This document shows positions 7,361 to 15,758 of a stretch of DNA of 51,137 nucleotides, piece by piece; the stretch's first letter is position 1, and every line of letters starts with the position of its first letter. Both the position numbers and the translations under genes were made by a program. This DNA is from Longimicrobiales bacterium. Lineage in GTDB: Bacteria; Gemmatimonadota; Gemmatimonadetes; Longimicrobiales; RSA9. Under the pieces are notes generated by a model. It saw only the letters and a program-made list of their open reading frames with translations. It had not been told where the DNA came from and made no database searches. The stretch spans positions 1 through 51,137 of the forward strand of contig DATHVO010000078.1 in NCBI GenBank assembly GCA_035461265.1. Reading direction: 5' to 3'.

Positions 7361-8977
7361 TTGTTGTGTGCAAACGGGATGGCGACGGGGGCGAGAGGCA
7401 TGGACGGGGCCGGGTCGGCGGGTACCGCCGGACAGTCATGGGGCACGGCTCCCGCGCCGGGCAACGCGTCCTGGAAGCTGCTGGCCGTTTTGGACGGCTG
7501 GGTCAATCGGCTTTACGGCTCACGCTGGAATCCACTCTACCAGAGCGGGGCCATGACGGTGGCGCTCCTGCTGGTGGTGCTGGTGACCGGGCTGTATCTG
7601 CTGCTGTTCTACCGGTTGGGCTCACCGTGGGAGTCGGTGGCGCGGGTGACGGACCAGGCGTGGTCGGGCCGCTGGATCCGTGGCCTTCACCGGTACGCGT
7701 CGGACGGCCTGATCGTCACGTCTGCGGTGCATGCGTTCCGGATGTACGCACAGCGCCGGACGTGGGGCCCGCGCGCACTGGCGTGGGTGAGTGGCGTGAC
7801 GCTGGTGGGGGTGGTCCTGGTATGCGGCTGGACGGGCTACGTCATGGTGTGGGACGTACAGGCCCAGGTGCTGGCGGTGGAAGGGGCCCGCTTCCTGGAC
7901 GTACTCCCCATCTTCTCGGAGCCCATCGGCCGCGCGTTCGTCGGCGAGTACCCGCTGCCGAGCGCGTTCTTCTTCCTGAACCTGTTCGCGCACGTGGCGC
8001 TCCCGGTGGGACTGGCCCTTCTTGTCTGGGTCCACGTGTCCCGGGTTGCGCGTCCGGTCCTCCTTCCGCCTCGCCGGCTGCTGTGGGCCGTGGTGGCGGG
8101 GTTCACCGCGCTGTCTGTCGTCTGGCCGGTGGGCATGGCCCCGAAGGCGGATGTCCTGGCCGTGCCGGGGTCGGTGCCGCTGGACGTCTTCTACGGGTTC
8201 TGGCTTCCGGTGACGCGGTTGTTTCCTGGGTGGGCGGTGTGGGCGGCGGGTGTGTCGCTTCTGGCCGTGCTTCTGCTCGTTCCGGTGTGGACGCGGGTGC
8301 GGTCGGGGGTGCGCACGCACCGTTCGCGGGTGGACGAGCGACTGTGCACGGGGTGCGAGCAGTGCGCCCTGGACTGTCCCTACGACGCCATAGCAATGAT
8401 TGCCCGGGGCGATGGCCGACCGGGCAGCGTGGCGCGGGTGAACGCGGCCGTCTGCGTGAGTTGCGGGATCTGTGCGGCGTCCTGCGCACCCATGGGCGTC
8501 GGGCCCGGAGGCCGGACGGGGCGGGATCAGCTGGCGGCCGTCCGCGGATTCGGCGGAACGGGTGATGGCGTAGTTGTGGTGGCCTGCGCCCGCAGCGCCG
8601 GCGGCAGCGTCTCCGTGCCGGGGATCCGGACGTTGGCGGTGGAGTGCGCGGGCAACGTCCACACGTCGGTCATCGAGACCCTCCTCCGGGGCGGTGCGGC
8701 GGGGGTCCTCGTGGTGGCCTGTCCGGGACGGGACTGCTGGAACCGCGAAGGCGGCAGGTGGTTGAACGCGCGGGTCCACGACGGGCGCGAGGCGGAGCTG
8801 CAGGCGCGGGTGGACCGGTCTCGCGTCCGGCTGTGCTACCTGTCCGCCCGTGAGACGAGCCGGTTGACGGCGGCGGTATTCGACTTCGCCGCCACGCTCC
8901 CGGCGCCAATCGACGGGACCGACCGGCTCGATCTGGTCGCCGAATGCCAGCGCGCCGCTGCCGGTGAGGCGTCATGA
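7361..8977 (+). CDS. Fusion protein: di-heme cytochrome b membrane domain, 2x[4Fe-4S] ferredoxin, and MvhD/FlpD-like domain
   Basis: Two H-x13-H pairs in TM helices (HRYASDGLIVTSAVH, HVALPVGLALLVWVH). Ferredoxin motifs CTGCEQCALDCP and CVSCGICAASCAP. MvhD-like segment VVVACARSAG...VECAGNVHTSVIETLLRGGAAGVLVVACPGRDCWNREGG. The start is uncertain (TTG 7361 or ATG 7379). Confidence 0.8.
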   Translation: MLCANGMATGARGMDGAGSAGTAGQSWGTAPAPGNASWKLLAVLDGWVNRLYGSRWNPLYQSGAMTVALLLVVLVTGLYLLLFYRLGSPWESVARVTDQAWSGRWIRGLHRYASDGLIVTSAVHAFRMYAQRRTWGPRALAWVSGVTLVGVVLVCGWTGYVMVWDVQAQVLAVEGARFLDVLPIFSEPIGRAFVGEYPLPSAFFFLNLFAHVALPVGLALLVWVHVSRVARPVLLPPRRLLWAVVAGFTALSVVWPVGMAPKADVLAVPGSVPLDVFYGFWLPVTRLFPGWAVWAAGVSLLAVLLLVPVWTRVRSGVRTHRSRVDERLCTGCEQCALDCPYDAIAMIARGDGRPGSVARVNAAVCVSCGICAASCAPMGVGPGGRTGRDQLAAVRGFGGTGDGVVVVACARSAGGSVSVPGIRTLAVECAGNVHTSVIETLLRGGAAGVLVVACPGRDCWNREGGRWLNARVHDGREAELQARVDRSRVRLCYLSARETSRLTAAVFDFAATLPAPIDGTDRLDLVAECQRAAAGEAS

Positions 8978-9495
8978 GGGCGGGGCGCCGGCTGCTCGGA
9001 CTCGTGGTCGCGTGCGCGGCGCTCGGCGCCGTGGGAGCCGGCACGCGAGTCCCCTGGACGCCCTCGTCCGGCGAGGATGCGGTACTGCGCCTGTCGTGGC
9101 GCCTGCGAGGCGTGCGGGTGGAGGAGTGTCGCCGCCTGACGCCCGCCGAGCTGGAGCGCCAGCCCGCCCACATGCGCCGGGAGGAAGTATGCGAGGGGCG
9201 CATCGAACCGTACCGGCTCACGGTGGAGATCGATGGCCAGCGCGTCGAAGACGTCCTCGTCGCGGCGTCCGGCGCCCGGGCCGATCGCCCCCTCTACGTC
9301 TACCGCGAGTTCCGGCTCCGACCCGGCGAACATTCCGCCGCCGTCCGCTTCGCCGTTGAATCCGGCAGCGTCGGTGACGACGACCGGGTGGCCCTCACAT
9401 GGTCCGGACGCGCAGTGTTCCGGCCGGGGCGGGTGCTCCTCGTGACGTACGACGCCGACGCCCGGGCACTGGTGGCCCGGGACGCGCTGGAGTGA
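8974..9495 (+). CDS. Exported hypothetical protein
   Basis: Its ATG overlaps the upstream stop (ATGA). Signal-like MRAGRRLLGLVVACAALGAVGAG. Coding-like composition, but no motif I recognise. Confidence 0.55.
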   Translation: MRAGRRLLGLVVACAALGAVGAGTRVPWTPSSGEDAVLRLSWRLRGVRVEECRRLTPAELERQPAHMRREEVCEGRIEPYRLTVEIDGQRVEDVLVAASGARADRPLYVYREFRLRPGEHSAAVRFAVESGSVGDDDRVALTWSGRAVFRPGRVLLVTYDADARALVARDALE

Positions 9496-9654
9496 TGCGG
9501 GCATGATGGGCGTCTGCCGGACCCGGTGTAGGGGTTTTCCCGAATGCGGAACGTCGGCGGCAGGCTATGTTTTCTGGCGCCCTGTCCCTCGCCCGGACTG
9601 CGAGGGGGGAGGCAGTCGGCTCGTTCCGGAACCAGGACTACGGAGCAGTGCAGC

Positions 9655-9888
9655 ATGGCGGAACTGATGGTCGACATCCGGCCGGTCCTGCCGCGAGACC
9701 GGTTCGATGTCATCGCGGACAGCTACCGCACTCTCGAGCCCGGAGGCACCCTGGCCTTCACGTTCGAACACGAGCCAAACGGTCTCACTTTCGCCCTCGA
9801 GGCCGTGGCCGGCATCGGTGCCTTCCGCGTCAGCCATGCGGAGGTGGACGAGATGGTATGGCGCGCCGAGGTGGAGCGCGTCGTCTGA
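9655..9888 (+). CDS. DUF2249-like small protein
   Basis: MAELMVDIRPVLPRDRFDVIADSYRTLEPGGTLAFTFEHEPNGL...WRAEVERV follows the DUF2249 pattern as I recall it (DxRxLxPxxR...LxPG...H-P..L...WRV). A GGAG lies about 10 nt upstream. Confidence 0.55.
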   Translation: MAELMVDIRPVLPRDRFDVIADSYRTLEPGGTLAFTFEHEPNGLTFALEAVAGIGAFRVSHAEVDEMVWRAEVERVV

Positions 9889-9907
9889 GCTGCTCCGCCT
9901 GACCTGC

Positions 9908-9950
9908 CAGGCGGGTCCGCCATCGTGGCGGCCCGCCTGTCTTTCTATTT
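9908..9950 (+). terminator. Intrinsic terminator closing the plus-strand operon
   Basis: caggcgggtccgcc-atcgt-ggcggcccgcctg gives a 13-bp stem with one bulge, followed by tctttctattt. The T-tract overlaps the polA stop on the other strand. Confidence 0.6.
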
Positions 9951-12740
9951 GCACTCGAACCAGTTCCTGCCCACGCCCGTCACGACGTCCAGGGGAACGC
10001 TGAGCTCCACGGCGTTCACCATGAGCTCCTGTACCCTGGCGCGGACGGGATCGACGTCCTGCTCCGGCACCTCGAGGACCAGTTCGTCGTGCACCTGCAG
10101 CAGCATGCGCGTGCGGGAACCGGACGACTCGAGTTCCCGGTGGATGGCGATCATGGCGAGCTTGATGATGTCCGCCGCGCTCCCCTGCACCGGCGCATTC
10201 GTGGCAGCCCGCTCGCCGAACTGCCGGATATTGTAGTTCCGGCTCGCGATCTCCGGGATGTAGCGTCGGCGGCCGGAGATCGTCTCCACGTAGCCGCGGT
10301 CCCGGGCCTTCACGATCTGCTCGTCCAGGTAGCGCCGGACATCGGGGAAGCGGACGAAGTAGTTGTCGATGAACTCCTTCGCTTCCTGGACGGAAGTGCC
10401 GAGCTGGTGCGACAGTGCGAAGGGCCCGATGCCGTAGATGGTGGCGAAGTTCACCGTCTTCGCCGCGGCACGCATGGCCGCGGACACGTCCCCGACCGGT
10501 ACGCCGAAGATGATGGCGGCCGTCTGCCTGTGGATGTCGGCACCGCTGCGGAACGCCTCGACGAACGCCGGGTCGCCGGAGAAGTGGGCGAGGATACGCA
10601 GCTCGATCTGCGAGTAGTCGGCCGTGACGAAGAGGAAGCCGTCCGCGGGAACGAAGCCCTTGCGGATCTCGGCGCCCTGGTCCGTGCGGATGGGGATGTT
10701 CTGCAGGTTCGGGTCGCTGGACGAGAGCCGGCCCGTGGCCGCTACGGTCTGGTTGAAGCTGGTGTGGATCCGGCCCGTCGCCGGGTTGACCAGGAGGGGC
10801 AGCGCGTCGACGTACGTGCCCTTCAGCTTGTCCAGCTGGCGGAACTCCATGAGCTGGCGCGGCAGGGCGTGGCCCTGCGCCGCCAGTTCCTCCAGTACCG
10901 CCGCGTCGGTCGATGGACCCGTCTTGGTCTTGCGCAGCACGGGCAGGCCGAGCTTCTCGTAGAGGATGGAGCGGAGCTGCGGCGTGGAGCTGATGTTGAA
11001 CTCCTCCCCGGCCAGCTTCCAGATTTCCTGCTGGATGAGCGTGAGGTCGCGCTCGAGGCGCCGGCTCGACTCTGCGAAGAACGCCCCATCGATCCGGATG
11101 CCGTGCCACTCCATGGCCGCGAGGACTTCGATGAGGGGGATCTCGATGCCGCCGTAAAGCGGGTCGAGGTCGAGGCGCGTCATCTCTTCGGCCAGCACCG
11201 GTTGCAGCCGCAGGGGAAGCTCGGCCCTCCCGCCGGTCCATGCGGCGACGCGGTCCACTTCGCACTCCTCCAGGGCAACCGCGTCCCGGCCCCGGCCGAC
11301 GAGCTCGTCGCGCGTCGGTATCCGCGCCCCGAAGTGCTCCACCGCCAGGGCCTCCAGGCCGTGCTCCCGCTTTCCCGGATCGAGCACGTAGGACGCGATC
11401 ATCGCGTCGAAGCGCAGGCCCCGCAGCGTCACGCCCGCCCGCTTGAGACGGAGGAGGTCCTGCTTCAGGTCGTGGCCGACCTTCCCGACCGCCTCATCCT
11501 CCAGCAGCTCGCGCAGCCCGGCCATCGCCGGCTCGGTGAGCCCGGGCAGGTTGTGCCGCACGCGCCCGTCTGGCCCCGTGGCCCCCAGCCCGTCCAGCTC
11601 GAGCATCCCCGCCGTGCGGTGCCCCAGCGGCAGATACCAGGCGCGCCCCGGCTCCGCCGCCAGCGCCAGACCCACGATCCCGCCCCGCAGCGGGTCCGCA
11701 GTCGTGCCCTCGACCCGGAGGGCGACGGCGCCGGCAGACCGCACCGCATCTACGATGCGCGACACGACCTCCACCGTCTCGACAACCTCGCACGCCGTCT
11801 CCGCCCCGGGCGTCGGTTCCGACCCCTCACTCGCGTCCGGCCCTGCGGACGCATACTCGCGGACGAGCGTGTGGAACTCCAGATCGAGGAAGACCCGGCG
11901 CAGCCGGTCCCGATCGGGCGCCTGCACGCGCAGGGCGTCCAGGTCGAGAGCCACCGGCAGATCGTCCATGATCGTCACCAGCCGCTTCGACAGCCGGATG
12001 TCGTCCGCCGATGCCAGCAGCGCTTCCCTGGCCCGCTTGTTCGAGACGTCCCCGGCGTTGGCGAGGATGCTCTCCACGGAACCGAACTGCTCGATGAGCT
12101 GGATCGCCGTCTTCGGGCCGATCCCCTTCGCACCGGGGATGTTGTCCGAGCTGTCGCCGATGAGGGCCAGGTAGTCCACCACGTGCCGCGGCGGCACGCC
12201 CAGCCGCTCGCCGGCACGGCCCAGGTCCACCCACTCCTCCTCAACCCCGGCACTCCCGCCGCGCCCCGGATTCAGCAGGCAGATGTGATCCCCGATGAGC
12301 TGGTAGAAGTCCTTGTCGCCGGACACGATCACCGCCTCCAGCCCCGCCGCCGCCGCACGCCGCGCCAGCGTGCCGATGACGTCGTCTGCCTCGTGGTCCG
12401 GCAGCGTCACCACCGGGACCCGGAATCCCTCCACCACCTCCCGGATCTTCGGCAGCGACCACGCCAGGTCATCCGGCATCTTGTCCCGCGTCGCCTTGTA
12501 GTCGGGATACAACTCCGCCCGCTGGCTCGTACCCGCGTCCAGGACCACACCCAGGTAGTCCGGCTCGTGCTGCTGCAGGATCTTTATGAGGAAGCGCGTG
12601 AAGCCGAACGCCGCAGAAGTGTTCTCGCCGCGGGTCGTCAGCAGCGGACGCTGGATCATCGCGAAGTAGGCGCGGTAGATCAGCGCATAGCCATCAATGA
12701 GGAAGAGCCGCGGTCGGGTCTTCGGCGGCGTCTGCACCAT
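9945..12740 (-). CDS. polA: DNA polymerase I
   Basis: 5'-nuclease N-terminus (LFLIDGYALIYRAYFA), a central exo-like domain, and polymerase motifs (ADYSQIELRILAH, QVHDELVLE). Start at MVQTPPKTRPRLFLIDG. Confidence 0.95.
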   Translation of the reverse strand: MVQTPPKTRPRLFLIDGYALIYRAYFAMIQRPLLTTRGENTSAAFGFTRFLIKILQQHEPDYLGVVLDAGTSQRAELYPDYKATRDKMPDDLAWSLPKIREVVEGFRVPVVTLPDHEADDVIGTLARRAAAAGLEAVIVSGDKDFYQLIGDHICLLNPGRGGSAGVEEEWVDLGRAGERLGVPPRHVVDYLALIGDSSDNIPGAKGIGPKTAIQLIEQFGSVESILANAGDVSNKRAREALLASADDIRLSKRLVTIMDDLPVALDLDALRVQAPDRDRLRRVFLDLEFHTLVREYASAGPDASEGSEPTPGAETACEVVETVEVVSRIVDAVRSAGAVALRVEGTTADPLRGGIVGLALAAEPGRAWYLPLGHRTAGMLELDGLGATGPDGRVRHNLPGLTEPAMAGLRELLEDEAVGKVGHDLKQDLLRLKRAGVTLRGLRFDAMIASYVLDPGKREHGLEALAVEHFGARIPTRDELVGRGRDAVALEECEVDRVAAWTGGRAELPLRLQPVLAEEMTRLDLDPLYGGIEIPLIEVLAAMEWHGIRIDGAFFAESSRRLERDLTLIQQEIWKLAGEEFNISSTPQLRSILYEKLGLPVLRKTKTGPSTDAAVLEELAAQGHALPRQLMEFRQLDKLKGTYVDALPLLVNPATGRIHTSFNQTVAATGRLSSSDPNLQNIPIRTDQGAEIRKGFVPADGFLFVTADYSQIELRILAHFSGDPAFVEAFRSGADIHRQTAAIIFGVPVGDVSAAMRAAAKTVNFATIYGIGPFALSHQLGTSVQEAKEFIDNYFVRFPDVRRYLDEQIVKARDRGYVETISGRRRYIPEIASRNYNIRQFGERAATNAPVQGSAADIIKLAMIAIHRELESSGSRTRMLLQVHDELVLEVPEQDVDPVRARVQELMVNAVELSVPLDVVTGVGRNWFECK

Positions 12741-12846
12741 GCAAGTCCTTCCCTCGAACAGTTGATCAGGAAGGATACTGCGGTTCCGGGACGGACGCAC
12801 TCCCCGCAACCCGGGGCCCCGGTCTGGAAAACGGCACGAACGACAA

Positions 12847-12870
12847 GGGCCCCGCTGCCGAGCGGGGCCC
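12847..12870 (-). terminator. Hairpin downstream of csp
   Basis: gggccccgct-gccg-agcggggccc is a 10-bp GC stem, followed on the minus strand by a moderately T-rich tract (ttgtcgttcgtgccgtttt). Confidence 0.55.
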
Positions 12871-12895
12871 TCAGTCTACGGTTGCCGGTGCCTGG

Positions 12896-13105
12896 TCAGG
12901 TGGGGGTCGGACGATTAACGTTCGCCGCCTGCAGCCCCTTGTCGGTCTGCTTCACCTCGAACTCGACCTCCTCACCCTCCGCCAGCGTCTTGAACCCCTC
13001 CATCGTGATGGCAGAGAAGTGGACGAAGACGTCCTCGCCGTCCGGCTGTTCAATGAAGCCGTACCCCTTGGCATCATTGAACCACTTCACCTTCCCCCTG
13101 GCCAT
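12896..13105 (-). CDS. cspA: Cold-shock protein, CspA family
   Basis: [15 protein letters not shown] and DVFVHFSAI are the RNP1 and RNP2 motifs. Confidence 0.95.
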   Translation of the reverse strand: MARGKVKWFNDAKGYGFIEQPDGEDVFVHFSAITMEGFKTLAEGEEVEFEVKQTDKGLQAANVNRPTPT

Positions 13106-13157
13106 TGCACCAGCCTCCTAACAAGAGTATTGCCACAGCCACATCGCTACGGATGTC

Positions 13158-13187
13158 GAAACTACGGAAGCCGCGGATCGGGTGTCA
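13158..13187 (-). promoter_or_regulatory. Putative sigma70-type promoter of csp
   Basis: On the minus strand, TTGACA, a 17-18 nt spacer, then GTAGTT/TAGTTT. It sits in a locally AT-richer stretch about 55 nt upstream of the ATG. Confidence 0.4.
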
Positions 13188-13258
13188 AGAAAAATCTTCA
13201 ACATTCGAGCGCAAAAAAGGGCGGCGTTCTGCAGGGCCCGGGCGTCAAACGAATGTTT

Positions 13259-15664
13259 TCACGGCGCGGGTGGCAGCAGGTGCGGAGTCGTGTCGGCGTC
13301 GCCGTAGATGGCGGCGTAGATGCGGCGGTTGTTCTGGACGATGCGGACGTAGTTGCGGGTTTCGTCGAAGGGGATGCGTTCGGCGAAGAGGGCGCGGTCG
13401 TTGAACTCGGGAAAATGCTGCCAGCGGGCGACGCGTCCGGGTCCGGCGTTGTAAGCGGCGAGGACGGCATCGACGCGATCGTTCCATGTGCGCAGCTGCT
13501 CGGCGAGGTAGGTGGTGCCGAAGATGATGTTGAGTTCCGGCTGGGTCAGCATGGCGGTCTGGAAGCGGGGTATGCGGAGGTTCCTGGCGATGGCGGTGCC
13601 GGTGCGGGGCATGACCTGCATGAGACCGAGAGCGCCGACGGGGCTTCGTGCCTGTGCATTGAACATGGACTCCTGGCGGATGAGGGCGACGACGAGGAAG
13701 GGATCGATGTCGCGGTCGCGCGCCTCGGCCATGATGATGCTGCGGTAGGGGAAGGGGTAGACGATGCGGAGCAGGCGGACGTTCCATGCGCCTTCCCTTC
13801 GCTGGATGGCCCTGCCGAGGGCGACGCCGGCGCTGGTGAACCCGCGCTCGTTGAGGGCCTCGGCGAGATCGTAGAGGGCGCCGTCGTAACGTTCGAAATG
13901 GCGGCGGACCCGCTCCATCTCGAAGGTCGCCGCGTCGTTCCAGCCGATCTCCCTGAGGAGGTCGACCCGTGCGAGGGCGCCTTCGACGAGGGTGCGGTAG
14001 CGCTCGTTGCGGGGCGGGGCGTGCTCGAGCCGGGCCACCCAGACGGGTTCACCGACCTCGTCGGCTGCGAGCCAGCCGTAGTAGGAGAACGGGTCGGCGG
14101 TCGCGGCCTCGCGGAAGCGGAGGCGGGCGTCGTCCGGCCGGCCGAGGGCCGCGAGGGCGCGGCCGGTCCAGTACGTCGCCTGCTGGAAGTTCCGGCCCGC
14201 AGGGTGGCTCCGGCGATACGCCTCGAACTCTGCCAGGGCGTCCTGGAAGCGGCCAGCGGCGAAGGCACTCCCGCCGAGCCGCATCCGGGCGAGGGCGGCC
14301 TCCTCGCTGGCGGGCGCGATGCGGATGGCGTGGCGGTAGAACTCGGTGGCGCGGCGGAGGTCGGTGAAGTCGTGGTCCAGGTCAGCCATGAGGTACGCGG
14401 CCCGGGCGGAGGCCGGCTGGTCCGGGAAGTCGCGGATGGTCCTGTACAGGGTTTCACGTGCGAGATCGGTCCGTCCATCGCGGTACTGGGCGCGTGCGGC
14501 GGTGTAGCTGGCGTCGCTCGCGACGGCGGGGTCGCGGACCGAGCCGGCCACGCCGAGGAGGGCGCGCTCGGCGTCGCGATACTGGCCCGCCCTGAAATAG
14601 GCATTGGCGACCTCGTACATGACCCGCTCGCGTTCGGCAGGGCCGCCCCGGCCGGAATCGAGGTATGCCCGCATTCCCGTCACTCCACGGGTGATGTTGC
14701 CGTGGCGAAGGAACACGCGTCCGGCGAGGAGCTGGTCCTCGGCGGACAGTCCCGGCATGGCGGTGAGGGCGCGAGCGGCGTCCACTGCGGCGGCGGACCC
14801 GTCGGAGGCGTTCATCGCGCGGATGAATGCGGCGCGGGCGCCGTTCAGATCACCGCGCTCCTGCCGGAGTTGGCCGGCGAGCGTCCAGGCCGCGGCGCGG
14901 CGGGCATCGGATGTAAGGCGTGCGGCCGCGCGTTCGGCGGCGGCGGCGGCACCGGCCAGATCTCCGGCAGCGCGCCGGGCCCGTGCCTCCGTCCGCCAGG
15001 ACCATTCCCTCGCGAGATCCGCGTCGACGCCCGCGAGCCTCAGGCGGACGCCGGCGGTGTCGCCCGTTCCGGCGAGTGAACTGGCCGCGAAGACCTGGAT
15101 CCAGTCCTCCACCTGGGGGAGCAGGCCGGCTGCGTCGTCGTACGCCTCGACCGCATCCCGGTGGCGTCCCTGGGAGGAGAGGGCGCTGGCACGGCGGAGT
15201 TGTGCGACACCGTGCTGCGTGCCGCCCAACGTGTCCTGCATCATGGCAATGTAGCGGGCGAGGGAGGCGCTGCCGCGGCCCCAGTCGCCGAGTTCGACCT
15301 GGCTTCGGCCCAGCAGGCTCCAGCCGTAGCCGGAGCCCACGAGGTCCAGCCACGACCGTCCCTCCAGGAGAGTCCGGACCTGCTCCCAGTCGCCCCATCC
15401 CGCCTCGGCCCGGGCGGCGAGAAGAATGGCGGATGCCGTGGTGTCGGAACGCGTGGCCAGGTACTCCCTGAGGATCATGCTCGCCCGGAGGTAGCGGCCT
15501 TCGCGCAGCGCGCTGAGGGCCTCGGCGGGCACCGAATCGGCAGCCGGCAACGATGCGGATTCCGTCGGGCGCGTGTCCAGCAGCGCCAGGCTTGCCGCCA
15601 CGACGAAGAAGAGGAGATAGATCGGTGTGTGCCTCGGGACCATGGGCGTCCTGGTGAAGAGCAC
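13259..15664 (-). CDS. Soluble lytic murein transglycosylase (Slt70-like) with a TPR/superhelical N-domain
   Basis: C-terminal SLT domain LIRQESMFNAQARSPVGALGLMQVMP...AAYNAGPGRV, with a long alpha-repeat N-terminal region and a signal anchor. Confidence 0.85.
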   Translation of the reverse strand: MLFTRTPMVPRHTPIYLLFFVVAASLALLDTRPTESASLPAADSVPAEALSALREGRYLRASMILREYLATRSDTTASAILLAARAEAGWGDWEQVRTLLEGRSWLDLVGSGYGWSLLGRSQVELGDWGRGSASLARYIAMMQDTLGGTQHGVAQLRRASALSSQGRHRDAVEAYDDAAGLLPQVEDWIQVFAASSLAGTGDTAGVRLRLAGVDADLAREWSWRTEARARRAAGDLAGAAAAAERAAARLTSDARRAAAWTLAGQLRQERGDLNGARAAFIRAMNASDGSAAAVDAARALTAMPGLSAEDQLLAGRVFLRHGNITRGVTGMRAYLDSGRGGPAERERVMYEVANAYFRAGQYRDAERALLGVAGSVRDPAVASDASYTAARAQYRDGRTDLARETLYRTIRDFPDQPASARAAYLMADLDHDFTDLRRATEFYRHAIRIAPASEEAALARMRLGGSAFAAGRFQDALAEFEAYRRSHPAGRNFQQATYWTGRALAALGRPDDARLRFREAATADPFSYYGWLAADEVGEPVWVARLEHAPPRNERYRTLVEGALARVDLLREIGWNDAATFEMERVRRHFERYDGALYDLAEALNERGFTSAGVALGRAIQRREGAWNVRLLRIVYPFPYRSIIMAEARDRDIDPFLVVALIRQESMFNAQARSPVGALGLMQVMPRTGTAIARNLRIPRFQTAMLTQPELNIIFGTTYLAEQLRTWNDRVDAVLAAYNAGPGRVARWQHFPEFNDRALFAERIPFDETRNYVRIVQNNRRIYAAIYGDADTTPHLLPPAP

Positions 15665-15758
15665 CGGTCCACGTCGCGGACACGCGCAGGGCGTGCCTCC
15701 TCGAAGGGCCGCTTGCCTTCCTACACCGGGTCCGGCGCGCGGTTGCGCCCGCCGCGGC

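Noticed and set aside
10089-13121. A 1010-aa plus-strand ORF antisense to polA and csp. Similar long ORFs lie antisense to other genes (13019..15079, 32361..34289, 38257..39693, 48926..50338, 7622..8779).
   Set aside because: All lie opposite genes that have clear family motifs. Their translations are Arg/Gly/Pro/Ala-rich low-complexity strings with no motifs. These are classic shadow ORFs of GC-rich DNA.
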